From positions 64,001 to 128,000 of the forward strand of contig CAVZLN010000004.1 in the NCBI GenBank assembly GCA_963776245.1: DNA of 64,000 nucleotides, written 5' to 3'. This document shows positions 61,311 through 64,000 of this stretch, piece by piece. Position 1 is the first letter of the stretch. Each line of letters starts with the position of its first letter. This DNA is from Candidatus Eiseniibacteriota bacterium. GTDB lineage: Bacteria; Eisenbacteria; RBG-16-71-46. The translations under genes and the position numbers were made by a program. The notes below the pieces were generated by a model. It ran no database searches. It saw only the letters and a list, made by a program, of their open reading frames with translations, and was not told the origin of the DNA.

Positions 61311-61894
61311 GCGCGGCCTTCGAACGCGCCTTCGACGCGGCGCTCGGGCGCGCGTTGCCCGGGGTGTTCCCGGGGGCGGTGGCGACCGTGATCGCCGCGG
61401 ACGCGTCCGATCCCGTGCGACTGGAGCTCGCGCTCGGCCGCCTGCTCGCGGTCCTGCCGCGCGCCGGCGTGCCGCGGGGCCGGGTGATCGTGCTGCTCGC
61501 CGCGACCGCGGAGGGCGATGCGCGGGAGGCCGCGCTCGCGCGCCGGTGGCGGGCGGACCTGGGCGTTCCGGTGCTGGCGCACCATCCCGCGCGCTCCGCC
61601 TGCTTCACCGTCGCCCGGGTGCGCGGGACGCCGATCGAGGTGAGCGACGAACTGCGCGAGGCCGAGGCGGTGCTGGCGCTCGGGCCGCTGGCGGCGGGCG
61701 CGGACGCGCGGGCGATCCACGACGTCGTGCTGCCCGGTCTCGGGTCGGAGAGCACGCGCGCGGCGTGCGCCGCGCGACCCCGACTGCTCGAGGACGCGCG
61801 CGCGGCGCTGGCGTGCGACCTCGCGCTGGGCTGGCGAGCGGCCGGCGCCCACGGCTGGGAAGTGCTCGCCGGGCGGCAGCCGGCGCGTCCTTGA
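61307..61894 (+). CDS. LarA-like (DUF2088) N-terminal-domain protein, short and degenerate
   Basis: 'TVIAADASDP...LL..L..AGVP...VIVLLA', 'VLAHHP', 'RGTPIEVSDEL.EA..V..LG', 'VVLPGLG' parallel the LarA N-domain; GTGA overlap with gatB. Confidence 0.55.
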   Translation: MSAAFERAFDAALGRALPGVFPGAVATVIAADASDPVRLELALGRLLAVLPRAGVPRGRVIVLLAATAEGDAREAALARRWRADLGVPVLAHHPARSACFTVARVRGTPIEVSDELREAEAVLALGPLAAGADARAIHDVVLPGLGSESTRAACAARPRLLEDARAALACDLALGWRAAGAHGWEVLAGRQPARP

Positions 61895-61920
61895 CCCTGC
61901 GACGAAGCGCCTTCTAGAGT
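61891..61920 (+). promoter_or_regulatory. Promoter for purD, probably leaderless
   Basis: TTGACC-N18-TAGAGT, 6 nt before ATG 61927; no SD. Confidence 0.65.
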
Positions 61921-61926
61921 GGCTCC

Positions 61927-63243
61927 ATGACGCCCATGCGCATCCTCGTCCTCGGCTCGGGCGGCCGCGAGCACGCGCTGGCTTGGCGCCTCGCGCGCGA
62001 CCCCGAGCGTCCGGTCGTGCTGGTGGCCCCGGGCAACGACGGGATGGGCATGGCATTCCCGCGCTTCGCGGTGGACGGCGAGGACGCGGGCGCGGTGATC
62101 GAGCTGTGCCGCCGCGAGCGCGTGGAGCTGGTGGTGATCGGCCCCGAGGGACCACTCGCCGCGGGACTGGCGGACGGGCTCCAGCGGGCCGGGCTGCCGG
62201 TGTTCGGTCCGAGCCGCGCGTGCGCGGCGCTCGAGGCCAGCAAGTGGGCGGCGAAGGAGATCATGCGGGCCGCGGACGTGCCCACCGCGCGGGCCGAGCG
62301 GTTCGCGGGGCTGGCCGAGGCGCGCGCGGCACTCGCTCGATTCGCCCCGCCGTGGGTGATCAAGGCCGACGGTCTCGCCGCCGGCAAGGGGGTGTGTGTC
62401 ACCGCGGTCCGGACCGAGGCGGAGAGGTTCCTCGAGGATTCGCTCGTCGGCGGCCGGTTCGGCGCGAGCGGCCGGCATGTGGTGATCGAGGAGTTCCTGC
62501 GCGGCGAGGAGCTGTCGCTGTTCGCGGTGTGCGACGGCGGCGCGTTCGTGCTGCTGCCGGCCGCGCGCGACCACAAGCGCGCCTTCGACGGGGACTGCGG
62601 CCCCAACACCGGCGGGATGGGCGCCCACGCTCCCGCGGCCGCCGCCGATCCGGTGGTGGTGGAGCGCGCCGGCGAGCGCGTGGTCCGCCCCATGCTGGCG
62701 GAGCTCGCGCGCCGCGGCACGCCGTATCGCGGCCTGCTCTATTGCGGGCTGATGCTCCGCGACGGGGAGCCCGCGGTGGTCGAGTTCAACGTCCGCTTCG
62801 GCGACCCCGAGACCCAGGTCGTGCTGCCGCTGCTGGAGGGCTCGCTCGGCCGGCTGCTGGCGTCGGCGGCGGCGGGGGCGCTCGACCGCGCGGCGGTGCG
62901 CGCGCGGCCGGGCGGCGCGGTCACGGTGGCGCTCGTCGACCGGGGCTATCCGGACGCGCCGCTCGGCGGCGGGGTGGTGCTCGGCCTCGATGGGATCGGG
63001 GCGCTCGAAGGGGTCACGGTGTTCCATGCCGGCAGCGCGCGCGAGGAGGGCGGCTGGCGGGTCCGCGGCGGGCGCGCGGCGTATGTCACCGCGGTCGCGG
63101 ACGACGTGGCGTCGGCGCGCGCCCGTGCGTACGATGCGGTCGATCGATTGGGCGGGCACGGCTGGCGCTGTCGCCGTGACATCGCGCGGGAGGCGCCGAC
63201 GGCGGCGCCGGGCCGGTGGGCCACCGCGCCGGAGGGATCCTGA
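61927..63243 (+). CDS. purD: Phosphoribosylamine--glycine ligase
   Basis: ILVLGSGGREHAL, APGN, GPE.PL, LE.SK, IKADGLAAGKGV, EEFL.GEE.S, DHKR..DGD.GPNTGGMG, EFNVRFGDPETQ. Confidence 0.97.
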   Translation: MTPMRILVLGSGGREHALAWRLARDPERPVVLVAPGNDGMGMAFPRFAVDGEDAGAVIELCRRERVELVVIGPEGPLAAGLADGLQRAGLPVFGPSRACAALEASKWAAKEIMRAADVPTARAERFAGLAEARAALARFAPPWVIKADGLAAGKGVCVTAVRTEAERFLEDSLVGGRFGASGRHVVIEEFLRGEELSLFAVCDGGAFVLLPAARDHKRAFDGDCGPNTGGMGAHAPAAAADPVVVERAGERVVRPMLAELARRGTPYRGLLYCGLMLRDGEPAVVEFNVRFGDPETQVVLPLLEGSLGRLLASAAAGALDRAAVRARPGGAVTVALVDRGYPDAPLGGGVVLGLDGIGALEGVTVFHAGSAREEGGWRVRGGRAAYVTAVADDVASARARAYDAVDRLGGHGWRCRRDIAREAPTAAPGRWATAPEGS

Positions 63244-63244
63244 A

Positions 63245-63730
63245 GTGGCGACTCGGAAGCTGCAGCCGCGGGTGGGCATCGTGATGGGAAGCGACACCGA
63301 CCGCGCGGTGATGGAGGAGGTGGCGAGGATCCTCGCCGACTTCGGCGTGGCGAGCGAGGTGGTGGTGCGCTCGGCCCATCGCACCCCCGACGCGGCGGCC
63401 CGCTGGGCGCGCACCGCGAAGGCGCGCGGGCTCCAGGTGATCGTGGCCGGCGCGGGCGGCGCGGCTCATCTGGCCGGGGTGATGGCGGCGCACTCGCGCC
63501 TGCCGGTGCTCGGCGTGCCGCTCGCCTCGTCACCGCTCGGCGGCTTCGACGCCCTGCTCGCCACCGTCCAGATGCCGCCCGGCGTGCCGGTCGGCACGCT
63601 CGGGGTCGGAGCGTGGGGCGCGCGCAACGCGGCGCACCTCGCGCTGCGCATCCTGGCCCTCGCGGACGCGCGGCTGGCGCGCCGCGTCGAGGACCATGCC
63701 GCGCGGCTGGCGCGGACCGGGAGGGCCTGA
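63245..63730 (+). CDS. purE: N5-CAIR mutase
   Basis: VGIVMGSD.D, SAHRTP, IVAGAGGAAHL.G, LPVLGVP, VQMP.GVPV. Confidence 0.97.
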   Translation: MATRKLQPRVGIVMGSDTDRAVMEEVARILADFGVASEVVVRSAHRTPDAAARWARTAKARGLQVIVAGAGGAAHLAGVMAAHSRLPVLGVPLASSPLGGFDALLATVQMPPGVPVGTLGVGAWGARNAAHLALRILALADARLARRVEDHAARLARTGRA

Positions 63731-63734
63731 CCCC

Positions 63735-64000
63735 GTGGACGTGCTGACGGTGGATCCGGAGCGGCCCGAGCGCGAGGCGCTCCGCCAGGCCGCCGAGGCG
63801 GTGTTGCGCGGCGGGGTGATCGCGTTCCCGACCGACACCCTGTACGGGCTCGGGTGCTCGCTGTTCGACGTCTCGGCGGTCGAGATGGTGGCACGCCTCA
63901 AGCGGCGCGACCCCTCGCTCGCGGTGATCTCGCTGATCCCCGAGCCGGGCCAGGCCCACAGTCTGGCGGGCGAGGTGAGCGCGGTCGCCGAGCGGCTGAT
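63735..64000 (+). CDS. tsaC: L-threonylcarbamoyladenylate synthase TsaC/Sua5 (3' truncated by window)
   Basis: Read manually: ALRQAAEAVLRGGVIAFPTDTLYGLGC...AV.....LKRR. Confidence 0.9.
   Translation, partial: MDVLTVDPERPEREALRQAAEAVLRGGVIAFPTDTLYGLGCSLFDVSAVEMVARLKRRDPSLAVISLIPEPGQAHSLAGEVSAVAERL

Overview
Very GC-rich window from a diderm bacterium (LPS acyltransferase, heptosyltransferase-like and Omp85 genes). The gene style would fit Candidatus Eisenbacteria or an FCB-like lineage, but that is inference only. It is almost entirely core housekeeping DNA on the + strand: degenerate aconitase-like gene, obgE, dprA, LpxL-like acyltransferase, a sigma54-preceded degenerate GAF/histidine kinase, tRNA-Phe/Thr, glmM-glmS-ridA, selenocysteine-containing selD with SECIS plus tRNA-Sec, lepA-lepB-hemW-hrcA-grpE-dnaJ-rsmE, rpsU-cvpA-mutS2-dnaG-rpoD, tRNA-Ile2/Val, zinc-ribbon protein, membrane patatin, rnhA overlapping RNase P RNA, recJ-rel-dtd-maf, rplM-rpsI, rpsB-tsf-pyrH-frr-uppS-cdsA-dxr, two glycosyltransferases, rseP, a TamA/TamB/peptidase-propeller-Omp85 trio, pcrA, gatCAB, a LarA-like fragment and purD-purE-tsaC. 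Most protein-coding genes between about 6.7 kb and 19.6 kb are broken by single-base indels while genes after 19.8 kb are intact, which points to local sequencing or consensus error. I saw no CRISPR array, prophage, IS element or defence island, and no clear novel multi-gene system. The best leads are the peptidase/beta-propeller/Omp85 fusion beside TamAB, three apparent pseudoenzymes (aconitase, histidine kinase, LarA-like), UGA-Sec recoding in selD, overlaps between RNA genes and CDSs, leaderless mRNAs with mostly 18-bp-spacer promoters, and a divergent HrcA with no visible CIRCE.
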